A stretch of 64,000 nucleotides of DNA from an uncultured Acidobacteriaceae bacterium (GTDB lineage Bacteria > Acidobacteriota > Terriglobia > Terriglobales > Acidobacteriaceae). Position numbers and translations under genes: made by a program. The DNA is taken from NCBI GenBank assembly GCA_963832765.1, contig CAWHVI010000017.1, forward strand, positions 17,900-81,899, read 5' to 3'. Below are positions 28,026 to 37,883 of this stretch, in pieces (position 1 is the stretch's first letter; each line of letters starts with the position of its first letter). The notes under the pieces are model-generated. The model had not been told where the DNA came from, ran no database searches, and worked only from the letters and a program-made list of their open reading frames with translations.

Positions 28026-29666
28026 TTATTGTTGTGGCGAATCTGCCGGAGGGATTGGCTCCTGAGTTCCCGAAGCGCCGTCGTTGGGGGCGGCTGCGGG
28101 CTGCGCGCCAACTGCAGTTCCGATCACATCACCGGAGACGATCATTTCGACGCGGCGATTCAACTTCCGGCCCGCGGCGGTGGTGTTCGGAGCAACGGGA
28201 TTAGCCTCGCCGAAGCCGCGCGCATAAACATTATTGATGGAAACGCCGGAGTCCACGAGATAATCACGGACCGTTGCGGCTCGCTTTTCGGAAAGCGATT
28301 GGTTGAACTCATCGCTGCCCGTGTTGTCGGTGTAGCCGTCAATTTCGAGTTTGAGGTCGGGATAAGCCAGAACAATTCCCGAGATTCGCGCCAGGCGCTC
28401 GCGCGCTGCCGGCACGAGGTCGTATTTGCTGATGGCGAAGAGCACATCGGGCATGCTAACCACCAGGCCTTGAGGAGTGTCTTTGGTCTCGAGGACCTGA
28501 TTAAGCTGCTTGAGCAGGCGAGCGCGCATTTCTTCTTTCTGACGGATAGCTTCTTCTGCTGCGGCCTGGGCCTGCTCTGCCGCGGCTTGCGCCTTCTGCT
28601 GCTCAGCCAGAGCCGCTGCGCGGGCTGCTTCGGCTTGCGCCTCGTTCTGGGCAGCTTCTGCCTGGGCCTTTTCCGCGGCGGCACGGTCGGCTTCCGCCTG
28701 CGCCCGTTTGCGGGCATCTTCCTCCGCCTGGGCGTTTGCTCGCGCAGCCGCCTCGGCGGATGCTTGCGCGTCAGCCTCCGCCTTGGCGCGCTGTTCTTCC
28801 ATGGCGCGCTTCTCGGCGGCGATCCGTTCCTGCTCCTTGCGCTGCAAGGTCAAAATGCGCGCATCTTCGGCAGCTTGCGTGGCTCCGCGGGACACACTGC
28901 CAATCGGCGTGCGCCCTTGTTTCCGGCGGAGGTAATCTTCGCCCTGCGCCAGAAGTTTCTCGGCTTTGCCCAGGCTGTCGGCTGCGTATTGCTCTGCGCC
29001 CGCAGCTTTCGCGATAGCCACCGCATTGCGCGCTTCCAGCAAATCAAGTTGTGTGTCGGGGTCGGCGTTGGTCGCCGGAAGCTGGTCCGCAGGAACATCA
29101 ATGGTGTACTGCCCGCCTTCCAATGCATCGAACTTAGCGTCAATCGGCAGTTCCAGCCCCTCGGTCCTTTGGAGGATCACATTCTCGGCTACTTCCATAT
29201 TGCTGGGGCGAGTGACCGCGAAATAAGGCTCCGCCGTGAGAATCAGGCCGAAAGCCTGCAGGTCGGTGGTGACTTCCAAGCCGGCCTTACCGTCTTTGGG
29301 CACAACTTCGCCCAAGTTGACCGCGCGCCCCTCGGGTGTGATGGCCCACAGCACATAGGTGAGGTACTGCGCGCCAAACTTGGTAGCGGCTGGCAAATGA
29401 TTGAAATCGGCGTTGATCTGCAAGCGTCCGGCTTTGCTGTTCACCTTGGCCTTACCGCTAACCTCCGGCAACAGGTCCGTGCCCTTGAAATCCACACGGG
29501 TCGAGCCGCCGCGGTGGCGATAGTTCACCGCCTTGGTCGTCCGCGAGATGACTTTCACGTGGAACACCGGAGTCTTGTCCATCGGCTCAACGGGAGTGTT
29601 CTCCTGCGCCGCGAGGTTTACGCCGATTAATAGCGTCAAGGAAACAGCAGCCAGCAGTTTTCTCAT
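28026..29666 (-). CDS. OmpA-family protein with a central Ala/Gln/Glu-rich coiled coil
   Basis: Signal peptide MRKLLAAVSLTLLIGVNLAAQ. C-terminal OmpA domain (GYTDNTGSDEFNQSLSEKRA, NRRVEMIV). About 110 residues of AEAxAxA low complexity in the middle. Confidence 0.8.
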   Translation of the reverse strand: MRKLLAAVSLTLLIGVNLAAQENTPVEPMDKTPVFHVKVISRTTKAVNYRHRGGSTRVDFKGTDLLPEVSGKAKVNSKAGRLQINADFNHLPAATKFGAQYLTYVLWAITPEGRAVNLGEVVPKDGKAGLEVTTDLQAFGLILTAEPYFAVTRPSNMEVAENVILQRTEGLELPIDAKFDALEGGQYTIDVPADQLPATNADPDTQLDLLEARNAVAIAKAAGAEQYAADSLGKAEKLLAQGEDYLRRKQGRTPIGSVSRGATQAAEDARILTLQRKEQERIAAEKRAMEEQRAKAEADAQASAEAAARANAQAEEDARKRAQAEADRAAAEKAQAEAAQNEAQAEAARAAALAEQQKAQAAAEQAQAAAEEAIRQKEEMRARLLKQLNQVLETKDTPQGLVVSMPDVLFAISKYDLVPAARERLARISGIVLAYPDLKLEIDGYTDNTGSDEFNQSLSEKRAATVRDYLVDSGVSINNVYARGFGEANPVAPNTTAAGRKLNRRVEMIVSGDVIGTAVGAQPAAAPNDGASGTQEPIPPADSPQQ

Positions 29667-29789
29667 GATTCCACCATCCATTTCGCAAACATTAACATGA
29701 CTACCCTGAATCGCGATATCCAGCAAAGGGCCTAGACTTTCGTATCCGAATCACTTGGGCATGCAGAGGTCGACCGAAGTTCCCCCAGT

Positions 29790-31118
29790 CTAGGTGATTC
29801 CCATTTTTTTCTGCATGGCCTCCAGCGAAATGCCCTTGGTCTCCGGATAGACAAAAAGCACTACAAAGAACTGCACCGCGGTCATGACGGCAAAGAAAAT
29901 GAACGGATAGGCTCCCGAGGAAGCCGCCATCAGGGGAAAGACCAGGGAGATGAAAAAGTTCATGATCCAGTGGGAGAAACTTCCCAGACTTTGTCCCTTG
30001 GCGCGCACCGCGTTGGGAAAGACTTCGCCCAGGTATACCCAGATCACCGCACCCTGAGAGAAGGCGAAGAATGCGATATAGGCAACCAGCAGCCAAAGCA
30101 GCCAGCTTTCATGTTGCTTGGTGAAAAAGATCGCCGCAACCCCTGCCAGGCAGCAGGCGGTCCCGGCAGCGCCAATCAGCAGCAGAATCTTGCGGCCAAT
30201 TTTGTCAATTACCGACATGGCGATCACGGTGAACAGCAGGTTGGTGCCGCCAATGACCACCGCCTGCAAATTGCTGGACACCTTGCTGAAACCGGCGTGC
30301 ATGAAAATGTCGGGCAAATAATAGAGAATTGCGTTGATGCCGGAGAGCTGATTGAAAATGCCGATGCTCACCGCCAGGAAAATGGGCAGAGCGTGCCGGC
30401 TGGAAAACAGTCTGGCGCCGGTTTCCTCTTGTTCTACGCGGATGGATTCGACAATTTCCTGCAGTTCCTGTTCGTAGTCCTGCTCTCCAATTTGTTGGAG
30501 CACAGCTCTCGCATTCTCCACTTGCCCTTTTTTCACCAGCCAGCGAGGGCTGCGGGGAATCGCGAACAGCAAAACCAGGAATGCCGCCGTGGGAATGGCG
30601 GCGACCCCAAACTCCCAGCGCCACTCCGCGGCGCCGAAGTGCATCTGCGAAATCACGTAGTTGGAAAAATATGCCAGCAGGATGCCAAAGACGATATTGA
30701 ACTGAAAGAGCCCGACCAGCCGGCCGCGCAGTTTCGGAGGAGCGATTTCCGCAATGTACATGGGGCCCAGAACCGAAGAAGCGCCAATGCCCAGCCCGCC
30801 GATAAAGCGGGAGACCACCAGCGAATCCCAATTCCAGGCCAGAGCGCAACCCAGCGCGGAGATCAGGTAGAGCACGCCCGTAATGCGCAAACTATCCCGC
30901 CGCCCATAACGCTCGCCGGGAAACCCCGCCAGCATCGCGCCGAAGACGGTTCCCAACAAAGCGCCGGCGACAGTTACTCCGATAGTTCCCGGGGATAACT
31001 GGAACGTCTGGGTAAGGGCGCTGATCGTGCCCGAGATGACCGCGGTATCGAATCCGAACAGCAGCCCACCGAGTGCCGCCACGATCGCGCTCTTGATCAA
31101 AGTTCCATTCAGCTTCAT
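29790..31118 (-). CDS. MFS sugar porter (sugar:H+ symporter family)
   Basis: GFDTAVISG, GRRDSL and PRSPRWL motifs. ATGA overlap with the upstream kinase gene. Confidence 0.85.
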   Translation of the reverse strand: MKLNGTLIKSAIVAALGGLLFGFDTAVISGTISALTQTFQLSPGTIGVTVAGALLGTVFGAMLAGFPGERYGRRDSLRITGVLYLISALGCALAWNWDSLVVSRFIGGLGIGASSVLGPMYIAEIAPPKLRGRLVGLFQFNIVFGILLAYFSNYVISQMHFGAAEWRWEFGVAAIPTAAFLVLLFAIPRSPRWLVKKGQVENARAVLQQIGEQDYEQELQEIVESIRVEQEETGARLFSSRHALPIFLAVSIGIFNQLSGINAILYYLPDIFMHAGFSKVSSNLQAVVIGGTNLLFTVIAMSVIDKIGRKILLLIGAAGTACCLAGVAAIFFTKQHESWLLWLLVAYIAFFAFSQGAVIWVYLGEVFPNAVRAKGQSLGSFSHWIMNFFISLVFPLMAASSGAYPFIFFAVMTAVQFFVVLFVYPETKGISLEAMQKKMGIT

Positions 31119-32050
31119 GCTGTCTCCCGAGTTTGAGATTGAGGGCCAAAACGGCGATTCGTGTTTTGCCGCAAGGCTTCCGCTTCGGCAATGTTCCATG
31201 CAGGGACCCCACCCGGGCGGCTGGCGACCAATGCCCCCACGCGGTTGGCGAAGTCGACTACCCGGCTCAGCGGCCACCCGCTTCCCATGCCATGAACCAA
31301 AGCTGCCGCGAAAGCATCGCCCGCTCCGACTGTATCTTTGGCTTCCACCGTGTAACCTTGCGCCAGTAGGAACTCATCGTGGAGCAGCAGCGCGCAGCCG
31401 TCCTCGCCATTGGTGACACACACGCCGTCGTAGTTATACTTGGCAGCGCAGGTCCGGCAGAATGTTTCCAGAGATTCTATCCTTCCGCCAAGCATGGGTC
31501 CGATTTCTGCTGCCTCGGCGGCGTTCAATTTGATCATGGTTGCCTTCGGCAGCAACTCTCGCAGCAGAGACGAGTCCCAACAACCGTCGCGCAGGTTGAT
31601 GTCGTAAAACCGCCGCACATTTCTGGCCGCAGCAAGCAACTGCATCGTCAAACGCCTGGCCGCTGGACTCATTTGCATCAACGTCCCGAAATACATCCAA
31701 TCCACGGGAGAGGCGAAAAGCTCAGAGACTTCCTCCGCCGTGAGCAAAGGGAAATCGTAAGCGGCCGGCCGGTGGATTACATATCGCGGGATGCCCGCCG
31801 CATCCAATGAAACCGTAACGATCCCGGTGGGATAATCCGCGGTGCGTTTCACCCAGCGCGTGGACAGCCCCATGCGGGGCATTTGCTCCAGAATTCTCTC
31901 GCCTCGTTCGTCCTGGCCTACGGCGCTGATGAACGAAACGTGGTGGCCAAGCTTAGCCAGATGTGCAGAGAAGTTGAAGGCGGCGCCGCCCAGATGCTCG
32001 TCCTGCCCAACGAGATCCCACAGCACTTCGCCGATGCTCACTACGTTCAC
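31115..32050 (-). CDS. PfkB-family carbohydrate kinase (fructokinase-like)
   Basis: GGAAFNFSAHLAKLG and DTVGAGDAFAAAL motifs. GTG start. Confidence 0.85.
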   Translation of the reverse strand: MNVVSIGEVLWDLVGQDEHLGGAAFNFSAHLAKLGHHVSFISAVGQDERGERILEQMPRMGLSTRWVKRTADYPTGIVTVSLDAAGIPRYVIHRPAAYDFPLLTAEEVSELFASPVDWMYFGTLMQMSPAARRLTMQLLAAARNVRRFYDINLRDGCWDSSLLRELLPKATMIKLNAAEAAEIGPMLGGRIESLETFCRTCAAKYNYDGVCVTNGEDGCALLLHDEFLLAQGYTVEAKDTVGAGDAFAAALVHGMGSGWPLSRVVDFANRVGALVASRPGGVPAWNIAEAEALRQNTNRRFGPQSQTRETA

Positions 32051-32246
32051 TCCGCGTTTCCTCTCGACGAGCAGTCGTTGGTCTTAACTCGCGCATTCTA
32101 TAGGTTAAGGTGGGCATCGCAAAGTCCCGGCTCGGGTACGGCGAAGATTCACCGCAGCGGTTATGTCGCCGCGATTGTAACTTTTGCCGGTGGCTGACAT
32201 CTTAGTTTGAGAGCGGTTGCGCCCGAAGTCTGTGGGGAGGCCAGAG

Positions 32247-33029
32247 GTGCTGAGAATCTCCGTTCTTTTTCTCTTGCTGTTTCCTGCCGCCTGGTTCTTT
32301 CTGCCGGGCAAAGACCGGGCTGAACAACGGTCGGCCGGGCCGGTGCTCATCGAGTTATTTACTTCGGAAGGGTGTTCAAGTTGTCCGCCGGCTGACGCAC
32401 TGCTGCAAGAATTGGACAAGACGCAGCCCGTGAATGGCGCGCGAGTGGTAGTTCTCAGCGAGCATGTGGATTATTGGAACCATCTGGGGTGGCGGGATCC
32501 CTACTCTTCCAGGTTCTTTAGTGACCGGCAGGAATCTTATGCCCGCCACTTCGGTTTGCCCAGCGCTTACACTCCGCAAATGATCGTGGACGGCACCACA
32601 CAGTTTGTGGGCAATGATGTTCAGCAGGCCGACCAAGCCATCGAAAAGGCTAGGCAAGGGCAGAAGGTGCCAGTTCTGCTCTCGTCTGTTTCCTGGGAGA
32701 GTCCCTTTACGCTTCGCGCCCATGTTGAGGCGGGCTCTCTGTCCGAGTTACCACCGGCGAACGCCGATGCCTTCTTTGCCGTCGCTATGGATCATGCCGA
32801 ATCTCAAGTTCTGCGCGGTGAAAATGAAGGCCGGCGTTTGCATCACGTTGCGGTGATCCTGAGCTTGACCAGAATTGGCACGGCAGAGAAGGGCAAGAGC
32901 TTTGCCAAGGATGTTCGGATAAAACTGGACCGCAACTATGACCCGGAAAATCTCCGCGCCATTGCATTTCTGCAGGAACCTGGACCCGGGCGCGTGCTCG
33001 GGGCGGATATGCAGCACGTAAGCAGGTGA
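32247..33029 (+). CDS. DUF1223 domain protein, secreted
   Basis: ELFTSEGCSSCPPAD is the DUF1223 hallmark. The GTG at 32247 is preceded by GGGAGG. Confidence 0.75.
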   Translation: MLRISVLFLLLFPAAWFFLPGKDRAEQRSAGPVLIELFTSEGCSSCPPADALLQELDKTQPVNGARVVVLSEHVDYWNHLGWRDPYSSRFFSDRQESYARHFGLPSAYTPQMIVDGTTQFVGNDVQQADQAIEKARQGQKVPVLLSSVSWESPFTLRAHVEAGSLSELPPANADAFFAVAMDHAESQVLRGENEGRRLHHVAVILSLTRIGTAEKGKSFAKDVRIKLDRNYDPENLRAIAFLQEPGPGRVLGADMQHVSR

Positions 33030-33073
33030 AGTAGCTTCCTGTGGAGGCGTCCTCTGCTAAATTGTTGTCTGGT

Positions 33074-34111
33074 ATGAAATCCCCTCGCACCTTCGCCAGC
33101 GATAACAATGCCGGCATTCACCCAGCTATCCTGCAGGCCATCTCCAGGGCAAACCAAGGGCACGTGGTGGGTTATGGCGACGACACTTGCACGCAGCGGG
33201 CGGTTCGCCTCTTCCAGCGCCATTTCGGAAGCGGCACACAGGTTTTTTTCGTATTCAACGGAACGGCGGCCAACGTACTCAGCCTGGCAGCGTTGACGAA
33301 TTCCTACCATGCCGTGATCTGCACCTCGGACGCGCACATTTATAACGACGAGTGCGGCGCTCCGGAAAAGCTCACCGGGTGCAAGCTGATCCCGGTGCAG
33401 ACCTCCGACGGCAAGTTGAAGGTTGAATCGGTGAGCCGCCTCTGCCATGGGATTGGGGACCAACACCACGTGCAGCCACGCGTCATTTCAATTACACAAT
33501 CCACCGAGGTAGGTACGGTTTACCGGCCGGAAGAAATCAAGGGCCTTGCCCGATTCGCACACTCGCGTGAAATGTTTCTGCACATGGACGGCGCGCGATT
33601 GGCGAACGCCTGCGCGAGCCTCAGTCTGAATCTTCGCCAGGCCACGCGCGACCTTGGGGTGGACGTTCTCTCTTTTGGGGGCACAAAAAATGGCGGGCTG
33701 GGGGCGGAGGCGGTTGTATTTCTTGATGCAAAACTGGCTCGCGATTTCAAATTCCTGCGCAAGCAGAATATGCAGCTTGCCTCGAAAATGCGCTTTGCCG
33801 CCGCCCAATTCGAAGCCTTATTGGAGGACGGGTTGTGGCTGAAGAATGCGCAACATTCCAATCGGATGGCCAAACTCCTGGAACGAGAGATGCGCCATAT
33901 CCCACAGGTGAAGATCGTTCATGAGACAGAAGCCAACGGTGTGTTTGCGCACATTCCCCGACGCGCCATTGCGAAGCTGCAGAAGCACTCTTTCTTTTAT
34001 GTGTGGAACGAAGAAGAATCAATCGTGCGCTGGATGTGCTCCTTTGACACCACCCCCGAGGATGTGAGGCGTTTCGCAAGGTTTGTGGCCGAGACGGTTG
34101 GTGGAGCTTAG
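33074..34111 (+). CDS. ltaE: Low-specificity threonine aldolase / beta-eliminating lyase family (PLP)
   Basis: FASDNNAGIHPAIL at the N-terminus and FGGTKNG containing the PLP lysine. Confidence 0.8.
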   Translation: MKSPRTFASDNNAGIHPAILQAISRANQGHVVGYGDDTCTQRAVRLFQRHFGSGTQVFFVFNGTAANVLSLAALTNSYHAVICTSDAHIYNDECGAPEKLTGCKLIPVQTSDGKLKVESVSRLCHGIGDQHHVQPRVISITQSTEVGTVYRPEEIKGLARFAHSREMFLHMDGARLANACASLSLNLRQATRDLGVDVLSFGGTKNGGLGAEAVVFLDAKLARDFKFLRKQNMQLASKMRFAAAQFEALLEDGLWLKNAQHSNRMAKLLEREMRHIPQVKIVHETEANGVFAHIPRRAIAKLQKHSFFYVWNEEESIVRWMCSFDTTPEDVRRFARFVAETVGGA

Positions 34112-34163
34112 CTTTGAACGCTTGGCTTGCAGGAGACGCCTGTCGTCTGAAACCTGTTCTGTT

Positions 34164-35768
34164 CTACTTCTTGGCTTCGGTCTTCTGTTGCTTCTGTGCC
34201 TGATCGGGGTCTTTTTCCTTGCTTTCTTCCTTTTTGTGATGGAAATCCAAGCCAAAGGACGGATGTTCACGTTTTCCAGTCACCTTGATCGGAACCTGGG
34301 TCACGCCGTTCTTCCGGAAGAACGGATCCACCAGTTTCAGCAAAACCGATTTGAAGCCGGTCACCATTTGCGAAGGCTTCGCCTGCAACTGCGCCAGACC
34401 ATGAAAGTCGAGATCTTCACTGCGTAGGCCATACGTCCCATCTAAATGCACTTTGACCCCGGGGACAGTGAACCCGAGATTGCGCATGGTGATGACGCCT
34501 CCGCCGAGCCCGAAGTCTCCCTTCAATTGGGAAAGGGGATCGTCTTCATGCGTATCCTTCGGGTGCCCTTGCGCACGATCGCTGAGGTTTTCAATCTTGC
34601 TCCGAACCTCTGGGCTGGTAAACTGCACGCCTCCAATGCCGAACTTTCCCTGCAGCTTCAGGCGATCAATGACTTTGCCTTCAACTTCGCTGGCCGATGG
34701 CAGGTCGAACTTAGTTTTCAAATTCACCCGCCCGGTCATCGGGGATTTTTGCGACTTTACGACCAGATAGAGCAAATCCTGAATGCGGGCATCATTCGAC
34801 GTCACCTCCAGTAACACTTCCTTTCCCTTGCCAGTTGCTGGCCGCACGATGCTGCCATTGCAGACCAGGGTCGAATCTCCCAAACGCGCCACGACAGGAT
34901 GCAACAAGGTGTCGCCGTTGGTGCCATCCACTGTCGCGCTAAACTCTGTTTTTAGCATCATGGGATGATTGCCGCTATCCACGGCAAAATCCGGGGTGAC
35001 GGTTTCTCCATCCACCTGCAGGTTTTCCAGCGGGCCGCCGAATTTTCCGGTCGAAGACAGAGTTCCAGAGATCCCTTTAAAGACGGACAAGTCCGCATTG
35101 GTAAAAGTGTAGTTTGCGGAAACCGGTGTAGTACGCGGATCTTCCGCCTCCCACGGGCCGAAATCGCCCTTGACATGGATCTCCCCGGGAGGCGCCGCAT
35201 TGGTGAGGTCCGTTTCAAAAGGGGATGGATGCCCGCTTCCCAGGTCATGGATGACCAGGTGATGGATGAGGAACTGATGCGTGGGCTTGTCCGGATCTCC
35301 CGGCATCATATCGAGTTCGGCATCGTCCGAGATCAATTCATCGATCAAGACCGGAATTTTCTTGTTTTTCAAACTCGCAGATTGAGAACGCTGCTCTTTG
35401 GGCGGAAAGTGAATGGTCAGATTCTTCACGTGCACGCTATGCAAATGCCGATCTATCAGGCCTAAGAGGGTAGCGGAAGCGGAAAACTCGCTGATTTCAA
35501 TCAAAGGCGGAACATCTGTACGTCCATGGTGGCGGATGACAATTCCCGACCCAGTCACGTTGGGAATCGGGAAAAAGGAAATGTGAAAATCACGAATCTG
35601 AACCTGTCCCTGGAAGCGGTTTCGCAACATCGCGAGAGCGCGAGCATGGAGCCAAGGCCGGGCAGAAACCAATGCTACCGCCGCCGCCGCGATCAGGATT
35701 GCTAAAGCAATCCCGCCGAAGATCACCCATCGGGGGACGACATGGACAGCCCGTTCATTTTGTGCCAT
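34164..35768 (-). CDS. AsmA-like/DUF748-like envelope protein (tentative)
   Basis: One N-terminal TM segment, then a long beta-rich periplasmic region and a Lys-rich tail. The family assignment is from general resemblance only. Confidence 0.45.
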   Translation of the reverse strand: MAQNERAVHVVPRWVIFGGIALAILIAAAAVALVSARPWLHARALAMLRNRFQGQVQIRDFHISFFPIPNVTGSGIVIRHHGRTDVPPLIEISEFSASATLLGLIDRHLHSVHVKNLTIHFPPKEQRSQSASLKNKKIPVLIDELISDDAELDMMPGDPDKPTHQFLIHHLVIHDLGSGHPSPFETDLTNAAPPGEIHVKGDFGPWEAEDPRTTPVSANYTFTNADLSVFKGISGTLSSTGKFGGPLENLQVDGETVTPDFAVDSGNHPMMLKTEFSATVDGTNGDTLLHPVVARLGDSTLVCNGSIVRPATGKGKEVLLEVTSNDARIQDLLYLVVKSQKSPMTGRVNLKTKFDLPSASEVEGKVIDRLKLQGKFGIGGVQFTSPEVRSKIENLSDRAQGHPKDTHEDDPLSQLKGDFGLGGGVITMRNLGFTVPGVKVHLDGTYGLRSEDLDFHGLAQLQAKPSQMVTGFKSVLLKLVDPFFRKNGVTQVPIKVTGKREHPSFGLDFHHKKEESKEKDPDQAQKQQKTEAKK

Positions 35769-35835
35769 TTTCTGCCCCTACCAAGGATAGCCGGACGATT
35801 CCTGCCCTGTGTGTGTCGCAAGATACAGCTCAAGA

Positions 35836-36435
35836 TCATGTCTTGGATGCGCGAAAACGGCGAACGGTCACCGAGGCTGGATACCGGGGCCAAGATTTCA
35901 GGCTATACCGGCGGAGACCGCTGACGGTGCGGCGCTGCAGGCGCCCAAGGAGGAAGACCAAACCGGTCATTCGCTCATAGACCTCCGCAAGTTCACCGAG
36001 GGAACTGTGTCGGCTGGGCAGGATCATCTCCAGGTACAGCATCAGGAGCGCCTGCGCGGAAAGCATGCGCAAGTGGATGGCATTGTTCACCAGCTTTACC
36101 CCGGCGTCTGCAATCGAACGATCCGGGCTTCGGCGGGCTGCCTCCCCGATGCGGATGAGGACGGCAGCATTCTGCGCTGCACACGAAATGTATTTCGCAG
36201 CAGCGAGCAGACGCTCACGCTGGATCTTGCGGAACTCTCCGTGCGGAAGGCGCGCCCGCAGGAACTTCGTCTCGGCCGGGTCCATCAAAGCCCGGAAAGC
36301 CTGAATCTCTACCGGCCGGACACGCCCTTGCAATTCCTCCACGCGGGTAAGATTCGAACTGCGTCCCCTGGCTACCCAAAGCATGAAGGCAGCAGAAAGG
36401 AGAGCTGCAGCAACGAGAATGGCCATCAGAGTCAT
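35836..36435 (-). CDS. Hypothetical membrane-anchored protein (199 aa)
   Basis: N-terminal TM segment followed by a helical soluble part. ATGA overlap with the upstream gene. Confidence 0.5.
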   Translation of the reverse strand: MTLMAILVAAALLSAAFMLWVARGRSSNLTRVEELQGRVRPVEIQAFRALMDPAETKFLRARLPHGEFRKIQRERLLAAAKYISCAAQNAAVLIRIGEAARRSPDRSIADAGVKLVNNAIHLRMLSAQALLMLYLEMILPSRHSSLGELAEVYERMTGLVFLLGRLQRRTVSGLRRYSLKSWPRYPASVTVRRFRASKT

Positions 36436-37187
36436 GGTTGTTTCAGCATGCGCTCAAGTTCGACATTCCAGCTTTCCAGGTCATGCTGCGGCAAAGCTTT
36501 GGGGGCGTAACTCTTTTCTGGCGCAAACAGATAGAAAACCCAGACCAGGACACAAAGATGGTAGGCTGCCATCACAAAGTAATTGATCGCTATCTGGTGG
36601 ACCGGTCCAATTTCAGATCTAACTGCAGACGCGGCCAGGTCCGCACTAGCCTTGATGCCCATGCCCAGTGCGATCCCAAAAGCATGACTTCTCCAGGACA
36701 GGGCTAGCTTGGAAGCGAAAACAAACAAAGTGAGCAGCAAACCACACTGCAAAACACTGGTTGCACGGTCCAGCACGTATCCGATGACCATGGCTTGCTG
36801 GACATAAACCCCGGTATAGACGGTCAAGCCAAACGCGATCGAGAAAAGTAGCACAATCGCCCAGCGGAATAGCGGCTTTCCGAAATTTGCCACGGCAGCA
36901 TAGTTTCGCAGCATGTACACGAATATTTCGTACACAACCCCAAAACGGAAGGATGTGCTCACGGCCCACATGCCAAGGTAGGCGAAACTATAAGATTTTA
37001 CAGATGTCGAAGGAGTCTCAATCAACGCAATCATAACTGCGGATTGGACAATCTCCTCCAATACATACGCGCAGAAAATAGGAAACTCGCGGTAGACACG
37101 CCGGTACAAGATCGCACCAAGCACAGGCAGGAGTAGCACATGTGGCGCTATCAGAAAGTATTGGTAGACAATTCCGCTGGGAGGCAT
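36432..37187 (-). CDS. Hypothetical polytopic membrane protein (251 aa, about 7 TM)
   Basis: Seven hydrophobic segments. No family recognised. Confidence 0.55.
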   Translation of the reverse strand: MPPSGIVYQYFLIAPHVLLLPVLGAILYRRVYREFPIFCAYVLEEIVQSAVMIALIETPSTSVKSYSFAYLGMWAVSTSFRFGVVYEIFVYMLRNYAAVANFGKPLFRWAIVLLFSIAFGLTVYTGVYVQQAMVIGYVLDRATSVLQCGLLLTLFVFASKLALSWRSHAFGIALGMGIKASADLAASAVRSEIGPVHQIAINYFVMAAYHLCVLVWVFYLFAPEKSYAPKALPQHDLESWNVELERMLKQP

Positions 37188-37249
37188 TGGGGCTACCGGC
37201 CCTGATCATACAGCTTTCACCGACAGCCCACAATAACGTTATAAATTGC

Positions 37250-37360
37250 TTAGCAGCAGTGCCCGGGCAAGCAATCCGGCCAGCCATCCGCCTTGGAAAT
37301 GGGAGCCGAAAAGCTTACCAAAGTAATGAGGGCGAACACCCAAACGATAACTTTTTTCAC
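37250..37360 (-). CDS. Candidate 36-aa secreted Cys-rich peptide (below the ORF-track length cutoff)
   Basis: Hand translation gives VKKVIVWVFALITLVSFSAPISKADGWPDCLPGHCC-stop. GTG start with AAAGGA 11 nt upstream. It lies 62 nt upstream of the 7-TM gene on the same strand. Confidence 0.3.
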   Translation of the reverse strand: MKKVIVWVFALITLVSFSAPISKADGWPDCLPGHCC

Positions 37361-37469
37361 GGTACAAAAGTTCCTTTCTAAGGAGATTTGTCCGTGATAA
37401 TCTGATTTTTGGTTCGTAGTTACTAGGTCACTGGGGTAACCCGGTTATCCCGTTGAGAGTGGCACAGTT

Positions 37470-37883
37470 ATGACTCTGCACTCTGCCTTGGAAGACTTGC
37501 GCTCCACTACCCTGAGTGCGATTTCTGGAATTTTTCGAAAACTGGAATACATCGCTGGTCTTCGTAATTCCAAAGGAGACTATGGGCATTGGGGGTTGGC
37601 ACGTGTGCACGGGGCAGCTGCGGAAAAAGCGCTGGAACAAGAACATCGCCAAATTATGACGATAGTTCTCACCACGCCGATTTCAGTCTTATTGGAAGAT
37701 GTCCAGAAATCAAGCGAGGATGAACAACTCACGCCGGCACAATATCTTGCAAAACTGGAAGGCCAGAAGGCCTTACTGCCGTCCAATCCCGCGCCAGGAT
37801 CGGAACGGCACCTTAATTCAGTGCTCCACGCTCTTTCGGCGCTCGTAACCCATCAATCGGACGCCAATCGTCCAATCTCATAG
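37470..37883 (+). CDS. Hypothetical helical protein (137 aa)
   Basis: ORF with ordinary composition. Divergent from the peptide/membrane block, and its 3' end overlaps the 3' end of the convergent regulator gene by 71 nt. Confidence 0.45.
   Translation: MTLHSALEDLRSTTLSAISGIFRKLEYIAGLRNSKGDYGHWGLARVHGAAAEKALEQEHRQIMTIVLTTPISVLLEDVQKSSEDEQLTPAQYLAKLEGQKALLPSNPAPGSERHLNSVLHALSALVTHQSDANRPIS

Noticed and set aside
28029-29630. 533-aa plus-strand ORF
   Set aside because: It is an exact mirror of the OmpA-family gene. Its product is Arg/Gly/Leu/Cys-rich low complexity generated by the antisense of GCx-rich codons, and it has no recognisable domain or RBS.
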